A program made the position numbers and the translations under genes. DNA of 64,000 nt, taken from positions 909,249 through 973,248 of the forward strand of contig OY763926.1 of assembly GCA_963667715.1 (NCBI GenBank). The letters run 5' to 3'. Source of the DNA: Sedimentisphaerales bacterium. GTDB lineage: Bacteria; Planctomycetota; Phycisphaerae; Sedimentisphaerales; SM23-30. Position 1 is the first letter of the stretch. Each line of letters opens with the position of its first letter. The notes under the pieces are model-generated. The model did not search any database and was not told where the DNA came from. It was given only the letters and a program-made list of their open reading frames with translations. Below, piece by piece: positions 1 through 10,067 of the stretch.

Positions 1-1
1 C

Positions 2-784
2 ACTCAAGGTACAGCTGCAAATCCGATAGAAACAGGTAATCCATTTGCATATTATCAAGATGACACTCTGGATTTGACTGGAATCGAAAGTGTAAGAACT
101 TCGTTTACAGCTTATGACTCACTGGGTACTCCGATGGATGTTGATCTTATTCTGGTAATGATGAGTAAGACCAATGCGGGAACAACCTGGCGTTATTATG
201 CAGAGAGTCCTGATGACACTGATTTGTCGAGAGTTGTTGGTACTGGTTTGATAGAGTTTGACTCTAATGGTCAGTTTCTTGACTCTTCAAGTGGAACGAT
301 CACTATCGACAGAAATAATACAGGTGCCTCTACCCCACAGACAATAAGTCTGGAATTTAGTGATATGGACGGTTATGCGATAACTAACAGTGCTATCTCG
401 CTGCTTAGTCAGGATGGTTTCCAGTCTGGTACCTTGCAGGATTATTCGATCGGTTCAGATGGAGTTATTACCGGTTCATTTACTAATGGTCTGACTCGTC
501 AGCTTGGTCAGGTGGTGCTGGCAACATTCCGTAATTATGAAGGTCTGCTGGCTGAAAGTGATAACTTGTATTCGCTGGGACCGAACTCAGGTAATCCTAT
601 CATTAAATCGCCGGGCGAGTTGGGTTCAGGTACAATTACTTCGACTGCTTTGGAGTTGAGTAATGTTGATTTGAGTAAAGAGTTTATTAACCTGATCGTG
701 AGTAGTACTGGTTTTTCGGCATCATCAAAGGTGATCCAGACCAGTAATGATCTGCTGACACAGCTGATCAATCTTACACGGTAA
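2..784 (+). CDS. flgE: Flagellar hook protein FlgE, C-terminal part (5' end outside window)
   Basis: Frame is open from nt 2. It shows the FlaE-like middle region and the C-terminal hook/rod motif ALELSNVDLSKEFINLIVSSTGFSASSKVIQTSNDLL. It precedes flbD-motAB. Confidence 0.93.
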   Translation, partial: TQGTAANPIETGNPFAYYQDDTLDLTGIESVRTSFTAYDSLGTPMDVDLILVMMSKTNAGTTWRYYAESPDDTDLSRVVGTGLIEFDSNGQFLDSSSGTITIDRNNTGASTPQTISLEFSDMDGYAITNSAISLLSQDGFQSGTLQDYSIGSDGVITGSFTNGLTRQLGQVVLATFRNYEGLLAESDNLYSLGPNSGNPIIKSPGELGSGTITSTALELSNVDLSKEFINLIVSSTGFSASSKVIQTSNDLLTQLINLTR

Positions 785-810
785 TTGATATATTTATTTT
801 GCTTACCCCG

Positions 811-857
811 GGCCTCGTGACAGGGGTGTTTATTCTGCTGTCGCGAGGCCACTTTTT
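811..857 (+). terminator. Intrinsic terminator-like hairpin after flgE
   Basis: GGCCTCGTGACAG...CTGTCGCGAGGCC stem followed by ACTTTTT. Confidence 0.65.
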
Positions 858-927
858 GATTTCAAACTGGCAGTATGTCAGTATGTACTACTGGCAATAT
901 TGAAATGTCAGTTTGAGATATATAATT

Positions 928-1119
928 ATGATTTCTGTAACCAGACTCAATGGAAAACGGTTCGTAGTGAACGCCGAACAAATCAGGTATATTGAGAATA
1001 CACCTGATACCATGATAACGCTGCAGAGCGGTGATAAGGTTATGGTTAAGGAAACGCTAGAGGAAGTAGTGAAAAAGACAATCGAATATAAGAGACAGAT
1101 ATATTCACTGGTTCACTGA
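928..1119 (+). CDS. flbD: Flagellar FlbD (SwrD) family protein
   Basis: MISVTRLNGKRFVVNAEQIRYIENTPDTMITL is the FlbD signature. Canonical position between flgE and motA; ATG at 928 chosen. Confidence 0.9.
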   Translation: MISVTRLNGKRFVVNAEQIRYIENTPDTMITLQSGDKVMVKETLEEVVKKTIEYKRQIYSLVH

Positions 1120-1207
1120 TCCTCCCGTACAGGATGAAAAAGTTACTATTGTCTTTTAAGTTCGTGCTGTAAGCAGGCGAAACAGAAGGCAGACAGGAAA
1201 AACAAAC

Positions 1208-1981
1208 ATGGATTTAGCAACTCTGTTAGGTATGCTTATTTGCTGGGGCCTTGTGCTTTACTCGATCTTTTCAAGTGCCAAGCAGTACGCCCCGGTATTT
1301 ATTGATATACCATCAGCGATGATCGTAATTGGTGGAGCGTTTGGTGTTGTAATGGTAACCGGTCCGCTTGCCCGATTTTTAAAGATGGGTAAGTACGGTA
1401 TGAAAGCGATGATGCATAAGGAGCGTTCGGTCCAGAAGCTAATCGAGGATCTGGTTGGTTTTGCAGAGATAGCCCGCCGAGATGGTATTTTATCACTCGA
1501 AAATGCAGTAAAAGATGCAGATGATCCATTTATTGTCAAAGGTATTCAGATGGCAGTTGACGGGACAGACCCAGAGCTGATCGAGGCTATTATGGAAGCT
1601 GAACTAGAGGCATTGATGGAGCGTCATGAAAGTGGTAAAGCGGTATTTGAAGCATTTGGAAAGTATGCGCCGGCTATGGGTATGATCGGTACCCTGATTG
1701 GTCTGGTGGTGATGCTTATGAATATGGATGATCCAAGTGCTATTGGTCCAGCGATGGCGGTTGCTCTAATAACAACGCTGTATGGTTCGATGGTTGCTAA
1801 TATGTTTGCTTTGCCAATGGCGGATAAGCTTAGTTGTCGCAGTGGTGAAGAAGTTATGTTTAAAATGATTATTATCAAGGGTGTTATGAGTATTCAGTCT
1901 GGCGATAACCCGCGTATCGTAGAGCAGAAGCTTATGACATATCTGCCGCCGGCAGAGCGTAAGGTTGAAGAGAAAGAATAA
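1208..1981 (+). CDS. motA: Flagellar stator protein MotA/PomA
   Basis: ARRDGILSLE, APAMGMIGTLIGLV and AVALITTLYG motifs; several TM segments. Confidence 0.95.
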   Translation: MDLATLLGMLICWGLVLYSIFSSAKQYAPVFIDIPSAMIVIGGAFGVVMVTGPLARFLKMGKYGMKAMMHKERSVQKLIEDLVGFAEIARRDGILSLENAVKDADDPFIVKGIQMAVDGTDPELIEAIMEAELEALMERHESGKAVFEAFGKYAPAMGMIGTLIGLVVMLMNMDDPSAIGPAMAVALITTLYGSMVANMFALPMADKLSCRSGEEVMFKMIIIKGVMSIQSGDNPRIVEQKLMTYLPPAERKVEEKE

Positions 1982-2096
1982 TGACTCAAATATTGCCTGC
2001 AGGTGAGTTTGAGTATAGTTATTTCCGATGTATATTGGATATAAAATAGAAGTCAGTCCTTGTCCTATTGTTATAAAACAGATCGAGATATTATAA

Positions 2097-2843
2097 GTGG
2101 CAAAAAAGAAAGAAAAAGCACCTGAAGGCGCCCCAGATTGGATGGTAACCTATGGCGATATGATGACATTGCTATTTTGCTTTTTCGTTATTATTGTGTC
2201 TATGTCAGAGATCAAAAAGGATATTGTCTACCAGAAAGTCATGGAGTCTATAAAGAAGGCTTTTGGTTATCAGGGCGGAGCGGGTAAAGTTCCGGGCCAT
2301 ATTAATCCTAAGAATACGACCGTAACCCAGATGACGCATCTGGTATTGAGGAAATTTCAGTTACAGATCGGTAAAAGCTCAGATGAGGGTATCGAGGGAG
2401 AAAATCCCAGTGTAACTAATATTCGTGAAGGGTACGAGTATTCAGTTGGCGGCATAGTGATGTTTGAGCCTGGTAAGGCCAAATTGCTAACATCGGCCGA
2501 GAAGGAGCTAGCGAGTTTTTGTGATGTGATCAAGGGTTTGAATACCAAGATCCGGGTAAAAGGGCATGCCAATAAGAAAAGTCCAGAGTTATATGCCCCA
2601 TTTAGAGATCTGGATGATCTGGCCTATGCCCGTGCAAAATCGGTAAAAATGTTTATGATCGGGCAGGGTATTCGTGAAGGTCGCATTACCTTGGAGAGTT
2701 GTGGGGCGAGTGAGCCGTTAGAAGCTCAGCCTTATGATGATAAAACGAGGGCAAAAAATCGTCGAGTTTCTATAATTGTAACAGAAAATATAGTCGATGA
2801 TTATAAAGGTGAGCCGTACTCGAGCGGCGATAAACAGATATAA
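2097..2843 (+). CDS. motB: Flagellar stator protein MotB/PomB
   Basis: WMVTYGDMMTLLFCFF TM helix with the conserved Asp; OmpA-like C-terminus ending in NRRVSI. Confidence 0.93.
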   Translation: MAKKKEKAPEGAPDWMVTYGDMMTLLFCFFVIIVSMSEIKKDIVYQKVMESIKKAFGYQGGAGKVPGHINPKNTTVTQMTHLVLRKFQLQIGKSSDEGIEGENPSVTNIREGYEYSVGGIVMFEPGKAKLLTSAEKELASFCDVIKGLNTKIRVKGHANKKSPELYAPFRDLDDLAYARAKSVKMFMIGQGIREGRITLESCGASEPLEAQPYDDKTRAKNRRVSIIVTENIVDDYKGEPYSSGDKQI

Positions 2844-2899
2844 AGCTGTAAGATGTTATTTTACAGTGCTTTGCAGTTGAATAAGTAGAGAAATAAAAA

Positions 2900-3436
2900 A
2901 TGGCTAAGGAAAAAGCAGAAGCAAAAGATCAGGCAAATGCAGATGAGCTGCAAAATGCAAAGAAGAAATTGCCAATAAAAGTTATAATAATAGTCTTACT
3001 TGTAGTTGTTATGGAAGTTGGAACGATCATGTTTATGAAGATGTCCAATAAGCCAGAGACTGTTGAGGGAGATACAACAGCGATCGATCAGACGGCAGTA
3101 ATCCCAGAGGTAGCTGAGAGTGAAGTTATGCTGGTAGAGGATATGAGCGTCGACAACTGGACAACTGGTAAGACCAAATATATAGTTAATTTTAGTGCTG
3201 CGGTCAAGGTAGAAGATGCAATGAAGGAGAAGCTGGCCGCCAAGATAGCACAGCATAATAGTGAGATTAGGCAGAATTTTAATGAGATCATCGGTCAGGC
3301 AGAGCCGGCATTGCTAAAAGACCCAAAGCGAGAAGTATTAATAGGCCAGATGAAGGCTCAGTTAGAAGCGATAGTTGGCGAGGGTATAATTAAGGAGCTG
3401 CTGATTCCAAGTTGGAGCTCTATGCCGGTTGAATAG
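2900..3436 (+). CDS. fliL: Flagellar basal body-associated protein FliL
   Basis: Charged N-terminus, single TM helix, ~180 aa, position after motB. Confidence 0.8.
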   Translation: MAKEKAEAKDQANADELQNAKKKLPIKVIIIVLLVVVMEVGTIMFMKMSNKPETVEGDTTAIDQTAVIPEVAESEVMLVEDMSVDNWTTGKTKYIVNFSAAVKVEDAMKEKLAAKIAQHNSEIRQNFNEIIGQAEPALLKDPKREVLIGQMKAQLEAIVGEGIIKELLIPSWSSMPVE

Positions 3437-3535
3437 TGATAGTCATGGCTGATAATTGACAAATTTAGTTGCATATTTGTCAAACTAATATAGAATAAAG
3501 CTTTAGTTTAGAAAAAATAGAAGTTAAGAAACATT

Positions 3536-3988
3536 ATGGCAGAACAGACCGCAGAAAATCAGGAACAGCAAGGCGAACCGGACGTCATCAGTGATGAAGA
3601 TGCAGAGGCATTAGCATTGCAGGCAATGGCTGAGGCTGGTCTGGCGGACAGGCCGGAAGCACCACCATTACCGGATTTTTCAGGTATGTTGTCAGAGGCA
3701 GCAGAAAGCAGTATCGATCTGCTAAATGATGTTGAGCTAGACGTAAAAGTTGAGCTGGGCCGAAGTGAGATGGAAGTTGATCAGGTGCTAAAATTGGCAG
3801 CTGGGTCAGTAGTCGAGCTGAATAAGCTGGCGGGTGACCCAGTAGATATTCTGGTAAATGATCAGCTGGTAGCACGTGGTGAAGTATTGGTCATTAATGA
3901 CAATTTTTGTGTACGTGTAAATGAGATAGTACCAGGTATAAGTGAAATTCAGACTTATATGGGTGATGCATCAGATCTTAAACAGTAG
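3536..3988 (+). CDS. fliN: Flagellar motor switch protein FliN
   Basis: SpoA domain: DVELDVKVELGR...GSVVELNKLAGDPVDILVNDQLVARGEVLVINDNFCVRV. Confidence 0.93.
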   Translation: MAEQTAENQEQQGEPDVISDEDAEALALQAMAEAGLADRPEAPPLPDFSGMLSEAAESSIDLLNDVELDVKVELGRSEMEVDQVLKLAAGSVVELNKLAGDPVDILVNDQLVARGEVLVINDNFCVRVNEIVPGISEIQTYMGDASDLKQ

Positions 3989-4096
3989 TCAAAAGTACTT
4001 GATAGGGCATCTATTTTTCTTTAACTAAACAGTAATTAATTTACGGCGTGGATGAGCCGTATTATTGTTTAATGCTTTATTTTTGGCGGAGCCATT

Positions 4097-5017
4097 ATGA
4101 AATTTGACAGATCAGCCGGACAGAATATATTCATTTTTATATTTACTGCTGTTATCCTTATATTTCATAGTGGTTTATATGCCCAGTTCTCAACCAATTC
4201 CTCAATGAATGTTTCCGATAAGTCTGACAAAGAACAGGTATTATCAGAAGAGGAACAGGAAACACTCCTTGGTTTCAGGGGGGATACCTCATCAGGTAAG
4301 CTTCAAGATTTTCCGGCGGCATCTGAGGCCGGTCCAGATGTTGCGAGCAGCACATCTGAAACCAAGCCAACGAAGCCGATTTATGTACCGCCACTAGGGA
4401 GCAGTTCGCTGGGCGAGGCGGCGGCTAAGGAAAACACTTCAATAGGTAAGAGAAGCGGCGTGCCGGGGACGGCTCCAGACGGCAGTTTTTTACCATCGGG
4501 TTCTGATGGTAAGTCAAAAGCGGATACACCAAGTCAGCCAAGTCTATGGCGATCATTTTTTTCATTATTAGCAGTAGTTGCGGTAATAATTGTTTTGGCA
4601 TATTTTGCTAAGAAGTTATTTCCCGGTCAGGTTAATCTGTCGATGGGTAAGGTTGTTCAGGTGATAGGTCGTACCCCGATAGATTCCAAGCGATCTCTCA
4701 CATTGGTTAAGTTTGGTAATGACCTATTGTTACTGGCAACGGGGGGAGAGAATGTCAGCCTGGTAGATAAGGTGTCAGATCCTGAACGAGTGGCAACCCT
4801 TATGGGCAGCATAGAAGCTGAGCGGGTAAATTCTATCTCAAAATCTTTCTCCAGTGTTTTCACTAAGGAGCGAGGCGATTATGGTATTGAGGGAGATCTT
4901 GAAGATGAAGAGATCATTGAAGAGTATCAGGACGATGCCATGTCTGAAGCAGATAAGGAACTAAGCGGGTTATTGAATAAGGTAAAAGGCTTGAGCCGGA
5001 TTAATCCAAAACGCTGA
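4097..5017 (+). CDS. fliO: Flagellar biosynthesis protein FliO with long N-terminal low-complexity extension
   Basis: TM helix followed by a FliO-like beta region (VQVIGRTPIDSKRSLTLVKFGNDLLLL); lies between fliN and fliP. Confidence 0.8.
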   Translation: MKFDRSAGQNIFIFIFTAVILIFHSGLYAQFSTNSSMNVSDKSDKEQVLSEEEQETLLGFRGDTSSGKLQDFPAASEAGPDVASSTSETKPTKPIYVPPLGSSSLGEAAAKENTSIGKRSGVPGTAPDGSFLPSGSDGKSKADTPSQPSLWRSFFSLLAVVAVIIVLAYFAKKLFPGQVNLSMGKVVQVIGRTPIDSKRSLTLVKFGNDLLLLATGGENVSLVDKVSDPERVATLMGSIEAERVNSISKSFSSVFTKERGDYGIEGDLEDEEIIEEYQDDAMSEADKELSGLLNKVKGLSRINPKR

Positions 5018-5020
5018 TTA

Positions 5021-5944
5021 GTGCGAAAGTTTACTGATATAAGGTTTTTGCTAAAACAAATGCTGAAAACGATAATAACATTTATTCTCTGTATAGTATT
5101 GCTGACTTTTGTTGGGCCGGTGTGTGCCCAGTCTGCAAGCAGTGGCGAGACAAGTATTGTTTCTCCAGATCAGGCAGTCAACAGCAGTACAACAGTTAAT
5201 ACTATCGATCCGGTCGAGATATATCAAAATGCGGTCAAGCCAGAGCGGCTGACAACATCGCTAGAGATACTGGTACTGATGACGGTCTTGGCACTTGTGC
5301 CGTCGATACTGGTGATGATGACCAGTTTTACCCGCATAGTTATTGTGCTAGGTTTATTGCGTCAGGCGATGGGTACACAGCAGCTGCCGCCAAGTCAGGT
5401 TATAACAGCGTTGGCATTGTTTATGACGTTTTTCATTATGGGGCCGACATGGAAGAATATCAATGCAGATGCATTGCAGCCATATGTTAATCCGGGAGAG
5501 GGGCAGGTAGCGATAAGTCAGGAAGAGATGTGGTCGCGTACAATAGCACATATGCGAAACTTTATGATCAGGCAGGTTGAATCGACAGGTAATACAGACG
5601 ATGTTTATCTGTTTGTTTCATTTGATGAGACATCTCCAGAGCTTGGCGAGAAACTGCGTGACGGCACATTGCAATGGAAAGATGTATCTACGGCAGCTTT
5701 GATCCCGGCATTTATGACAAGTGAGCTAAAGCAGGCATTTTTAATGGGCTTTTATATATATCTGCCGTTTTTGGTAATAGATATGGTAATAGCCTCGGTG
5801 CTAATGTCGATGGGTATGATGATGCTGCCTCCGGTAATGATATCGCTGCCGTTCAAGCTGCTATTGTTTGTGATGGTTGACGGCTGGCACTTGATAGTAG
5901 GTAATCTTATCCACAGTTTTACCAGTAACCCGCCGGTTATATGA
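5021..5944 (+). CDS. fliP: Flagellar export apparatus protein FliP
   Basis: MMTSFTRIVIVLGLLRQAMGTQQLPP; MSMGMMMLPPVMISLPFKLLLFVMVDGW. Confidence 0.96.
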   Translation: MRKFTDIRFLLKQMLKTIITFILCIVLLTFVGPVCAQSASSGETSIVSPDQAVNSSTTVNTIDPVEIYQNAVKPERLTTSLEILVLMTVLALVPSILVMMTSFTRIVIVLGLLRQAMGTQQLPPSQVITALALFMTFFIMGPTWKNINADALQPYVNPGEGQVAISQEEMWSRTIAHMRNFMIRQVESTGNTDDVYLFVSFDETSPELGEKLRDGTLQWKDVSTAALIPAFMTSELKQAFLMGFYIYLPFLVIDMVIASVLMSMGMMMLPPVMISLPFKLLLFVMVDGWHLIVGNLIHSFTSNPPVI

Positions 5945-5990
5945 CGGCTGGAGCATAACTAAAGGTTAATGAAATAAGGAAGTTGTAACT

Positions 5991-6254
5991 ATGGACGAAG
6001 GTACAATTTTAGATCTGGGCAAAAGGGTATTGGTTCTCACTCTTACAATATCATTTCCGATGCTTATTGTTGGACTGGTAGTTGGTGTTTTGATCTCAAT
6101 AGTTCAGGCGGTCACGCAGATCCAGGAAATGACACTAACGTTTATACCGAAGGTATTTGCTATGGCAGCAGCGTTGATATTTTTTATGCCGTGGATACTG
6201 GCCCAGTTAATAAGCTTTACTCGTGAGATGTTTGGCCCTATGCCTATGCCTTAG
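5991..6254 (+). CDS. fliQ: Flagellar export apparatus protein FliQ
   Basis: GVLISIVQAVTQIQEMTLTFIPK motif; 87 aa. Confidence 0.96.
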   Translation: MDEGTILDLGKRVLVLTLTISFPMLIVGLVVGVLISIVQAVTQIQEMTLTFIPKVFAMAAALIFFMPWILAQLISFTREMFGPMPMP

Positions 6255-6266
6255 GGTAACCTTGAA

Positions 6267-8309
6267 TTATGCATGGCAGGCCATCTCGCAGGCAGGTACA
6301 GCTGCGAGAGGTAGTTTAATAATGAAAGTTGTACCTTTTCCCGGCTCGCTTTTAAGGATGATCTCACCATTATGTTCTTTAATGATATTTTTGCAGATGT
6401 CGAGTCCCAGGCCGGTTCCTTCACCTTGTGGTTTTGTGGTATATAGCGGTTCGAAAACTTTCCCCTGGATTTCCACAGGTATTCCACAACCGCTATCGGA
6501 TACTTTAACAACAGCAAAATCATCTTCCTGATATGTGCTTATGGTAAGTGTGCCCTGATCGCCCATGGCATACAGTGCGTTATTTATTAGATTTGTCCAT
6601 ACCTGATTGAGTTTTCCAGGCAGGCACATGATCTGAAGTTCAGTGTCATAGTCTAAGTTGAGCTTGAGCTCAGGCTTATGTTTTAGCTTGTTTTGATATA
6701 GAGTAAGTACAGAGTCTATGTTGCTGGCAAGATTAGCAGTGGTTTTTTCGTCGTTATTTTTTTGGTATATGTAATTTCTGAGAGCTTCAATTATTTTAGA
6801 TGTTTTTCCTACTGCGGTATCAATGATTTCTATACTTTTATTTATATCGGAGTAATATCTTAGCGTTTGCAGGATTTCCATGCAGTCTTCAGAGGTGATG
6901 ATATCTAAATGATCTTTATAATTTTCAGCGAGTCCGGTTTCAATGATTAAGGAAGCAACTTCTCTGCTTTCAGGTATATTATAGGTGTCGAGTTCTTTTA
7001 TAATATTATTTCGTTGTATACGTTTATCTCTGCTGCTAACATGCGTATTACTGCATGTACAAGCATTTATCAAATTAGAGTCGAAGAAATCCTGATATTG
7101 TGATACCAGTCTGGTAATTTTTCTAATACTATTTATGATATAATTATAACTGTTACTGATGACAGTAGCAGATGATTGGATAGCTGCCAGCGGTGTATTT
7201 ATTTCGTGTGCAATACCGGAGATAAGAGAGCCGAGCATGACCATTTTTTCAGATTTTATCAGTTTTTCCTGAGAGTTTGCCAGGTTGATAGCCATAGAGT
7301 TCAGGGAGTCTGCGAGAGAGTCTTTTTCGCTTTTTTTCTCGGTGGTAATGGAGAGGTTACCTTTTGATACTTCATCTGCAAAGTTAGCAATATTATTCAG
7401 TTCATGTATCATTGTATTTAATGAGTCAACAAGTTTATCGTCCTGAGATCTTTGTGCAATGTTGACATCCAGGTTGCCGAGAGAGATTTCATGGGCTACC
7501 TGATCGATACCTTCAAGAACTTTTCTAAGTGACTCGGTAGTGTTTTGCAGTTCGCCGAGTTCGTCTTTTCTATCAGTACTGAATGAAAAGTTCATATTGC
7601 CGTTAGCGAGCTTTTTCAGTGCGTTAACTGTATTTTTCAGCGGTCTGGTGATAGATATAGAAATAAGGAAGGCGATTATAGAAGAAAAAAGTATGGATAT
7701 GAAAAATACTATTACGAGATTTCGTAGTTGTATTTCCTTGTAGGTGACGGACTTATTATAAAATTCGGAACCTTTTTGTGTTGCAAAGTCGACAACATAA
7801 TCAATTTTTTCTTCCAGTAATACAATGTAATTTACAGCTTGGCCTCTAGCAAGAAAAGCAACTTCATCGTATCTGCCTTCGGCGGCCAGTACGAATTCTC
7901 TGTCTCGTAGTTTTCTCCATTGAATAAAGCTTTTTTTGGTGTCTTCAATTGATTTCATATCGCCAAGGAATCGATCTTCCAATACAGCGAAAGCATTTAA
8001 AGCCTTCTCTTCGGATTCGTCGACTACTTTTCTTATTTTGTTAAGATCTGCCTGGTTATCAATTATAGCGATTTCTTTCATATTGCTATGTATGATTTGT
8101 ATTTGCAGCTGGATATCTTTTACCGCTTTGCTAACGGCCAAAGGGTGGTTATATAGCTTTTTGGTGACGGCAGCCATGTCATTACTGCTTTTTATGGAAA
8201 TAAAGCAAGTAACGAGCATACTGCACACGAATAACCCGAATGCTATAAGCAGCTTATTGGCTATTTTGGTGTTTTTTAGTGATAGCATATTATTGCCCGA
8301 TAAATACAT
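6267..8309 (-). CDS. Membrane sensor histidine kinase with MCP-like four-helix sensory domain and tandem HAMP domains
   Basis: Two TM helices flank a helical periplasmic domain. HAMP repeats (ITRPL...DELGEL, DDKLV, KDSLA). H-box GIAHEINTPL, N-box LNQVWTNLINNA, G-boxes DSGCGI and GTGLGL. Confidence 0.9.
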   Translation of the reverse strand: MYLSGNNMLSLKNTKIANKLLIAFGLFVCSMLVTCFISIKSSNDMAAVTKKLYNHPLAVSKAVKDIQLQIQIIHSNMKEIAIIDNQADLNKIRKVVDESEEKALNAFAVLEDRFLGDMKSIEDTKKSFIQWRKLRDREFVLAAEGRYDEVAFLARGQAVNYIVLLEEKIDYVVDFATQKGSEFYNKSVTYKEIQLRNLVIVFFISILFSSIIAFLISISITRPLKNTVNALKKLANGNMNFSFSTDRKDELGELQNTTESLRKVLEGIDQVAHEISLGNLDVNIAQRSQDDKLVDSLNTMIHELNNIANFADEVSKGNLSITTEKKSEKDSLADSLNSMAINLANSQEKLIKSEKMVMLGSLISGIAHEINTPLAAIQSSATVISNSYNYIINSIRKITRLVSQYQDFFDSNLINACTCSNTHVSSRDKRIQRNNIIKELDTYNIPESREVASLIIETGLAENYKDHLDIITSEDCMEILQTLRYYSDINKSIEIIDTAVGKTSKIIEALRNYIYQKNNDEKTTANLASNIDSVLTLYQNKLKHKPELKLNLDYDTELQIMCLPGKLNQVWTNLINNALYAMGDQGTLTISTYQEDDFAVVKVSDSGCGIPVEIQGKVFEPLYTTKPQGEGTGLGLDICKNIIKEHNGEIILKSEPGKGTTFIIKLPLAAVPACEMACHA

Positions 8310-8533
8310 ACCATATTACCATTATTTGACTCAGTTTTTATATCGGCATATGTTTTGGAAGTTGTTGTAAAAAAACAATGTTTTTTTGGTGTTTATACGA
8401 AGAAATAAAAGACCTATAAGAAAAGGCTTTTCGTGTATATTCAGGCGATTTATTGAATATATGCAGGTAGAGTAAAAATGGCAGCAGATATTGCAAGAAT
8501 AAGGATGAGATTATAGGACTATTAGGAGTTTGT

Positions 8534-8565
8534 AAAAAAAAGACAGGTCAAAAAGACCTGTCTTT
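8534..8565 (-). terminator. Intrinsic terminator after leuB
   Basis: AGACAGGTC/GACCTGTCT stem with an A-tract on the left, which is the U-tract on the minus strand. Confidence 0.8.
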
Positions 8566-8589
8566 GAAATTGCGTGTGAGTGAGGTGGA

Positions 8590-9672
8590 TTATAGCAGAG
8601 ATGCTACCAGGTCACCTACTTCGCTTGTGCTATAGCCCATACGGCCAGCAGCGAGAGATTCGAGCTTGCTAGAAGTTACAACCTTAACAGCGTCTTCGAT
8701 GCAGTCGGCAGCTTTATCTTCGCCGAGGTCTCTAAGAAGCATAGCTGCAGCGTTAATAGCAGCCAGCGGGTTGATGATGTTCTGGCCGGTGTATTTTGGA
8801 GCAGAACCACCGATCGGCTCAAACATACTTACACCTTCAGGATTGATGTTACCACCAGCAGCGATACCCATACCACCCTGAGTAATAGCACCCAGGTCAG
8901 TGATGATATCACCGAACATATTGCCGGTAACCAGTACGTCGAACCATTCAGGGCTTTTAACCATCCACATACAAGCGGCGTCAACGTGATAGTAATCACG
9001 TTTGATATCAGAATATTCAGCATCGCCCATTTCGTGGAAAGCTCTTTCCCACAGGTCATAAACGTAGGTTAGTACGTTAGTTTTACCTACCAGGCCTAGA
9101 GTGTTCTGGTCAGCGAGGCCGCGAGCCTTTTTACCATACTTCTGAGCGTATTCGAAGGCATATTTCAGAGCACGATCAACCTGGAAACGGTTGTAAACAG
9201 CAGTCTGAACAGCAACTTCGTTTGGTGTGCCTTTGAGAGTAAAACCGCCAGCACCGGTGTACTGATCACCAGTATTTTCACGAATAACTACATAGTCGAT
9301 ATGCTCAGGGCCTTTATCCTTAAGAGGACATTCAACACCTGGGAATAGCTTGATCGGACGCAGGTTGATATACTGATCCAGTTCAAAACGAGCCTTTAGG
9401 AGGATACCTTTTTCGAGGATACCAGGCTTAACATCCGGATGACCAATAGCACCGAGCAGGATGTTGTCGAACTTACGCAGTTCTTCAATAGCTGAATCCG
9501 GGAGAGTTTCGCCGGTTTTCATGTAGCGTTCGCCACCAAAGTCAAAATTGGTAAGTTCACACTTGAACCCGAACTTTGTCGCGGCAGCATTCATAACTTT
9601 AACAGCTTCTGCTGTTACTTCAGGACCGGTACCATCACCGGGAATTACAGCTAAATTATAGCTTTTAGTCAT
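8590..9672 (-). CDS. leuB: 3-isopropylmalate dehydrogenase
   Basis: [36 protein letters not shown] motifs of the ICDH/IPMDH family. Confidence 0.85.
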   Translation of the reverse strand: MTKSYNLAVIPGDGTGPEVTAEAVKVMNAAATKFGFKCELTNFDFGGERYMKTGETLPDSAIEELRKFDNILLGAIGHPDVKPGILEKGILLKARFELDQYINLRPIKLFPGVECPLKDKGPEHIDYVVIRENTGDQYTGAGGFTLKGTPNEVAVQTAVYNRFQVDRALKYAFEYAQKYGKKARGLADQNTLGLVGKTNVLTYVYDLWERAFHEMGDAEYSDIKRDYYHVDAACMWMVKSPEWFDVLVTGNMFGDIITDLGAITQGGMGIAAGGNINPEGVSMFEPIGGSAPKYTGQNIINPLAAINAAAMLLRDLGEDKAADCIEDAVKVVTSSKLESLAAGRMGYSTSEVGDLVASLL

Positions 9673-10067
9673 CTTGGTTTTACCTCCAGTATAAAACTGT
9701 TATGCATTATATTGAGTGTTGTTTCTGGTGCTCTTATGTGCAGTATATGGTCGGACAAAGAGCCCAATGACCGGTCAGTATAGCATTTTTTGGCGCTATT
9801 TTCATTTAAATATTTCTTTGTCAGCGGGTGGTGAGCGACGTGTGGTTTGTAAGTTGTGGATTTGCAATTGTTTATGTGTGTTGTGTTGCGGCTAAATTTT
9901 TGTAATGGCATTTGGTGGTGTGTCGTTGTTGGAAGTTGATAAGATGGGCAATGTCATAGATTTAGCTTTATTTTAGCTTGTTGTTATTATATACTCAAAA
10001 GTAAGAAAAAGCGTAAATCATGAGTTTAAGATGATAGAAATCCCGCAATATTGAAAGGTCAGGCTAA

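Noticed and set aside
3456-3483. TTGACAAAT-N10-ATTTGTCAA as an internal promoter or operator before fliN
   Set aside because: A 9-bp AT-rich IR with no -10 box at the correct spacing; too weak to call.
9669-9911. 80-aa ORF upstream of leuB as a leader peptide or gene
   Set aside because: No Leu-codon cluster, attenuator hairpin or recognisable domain.
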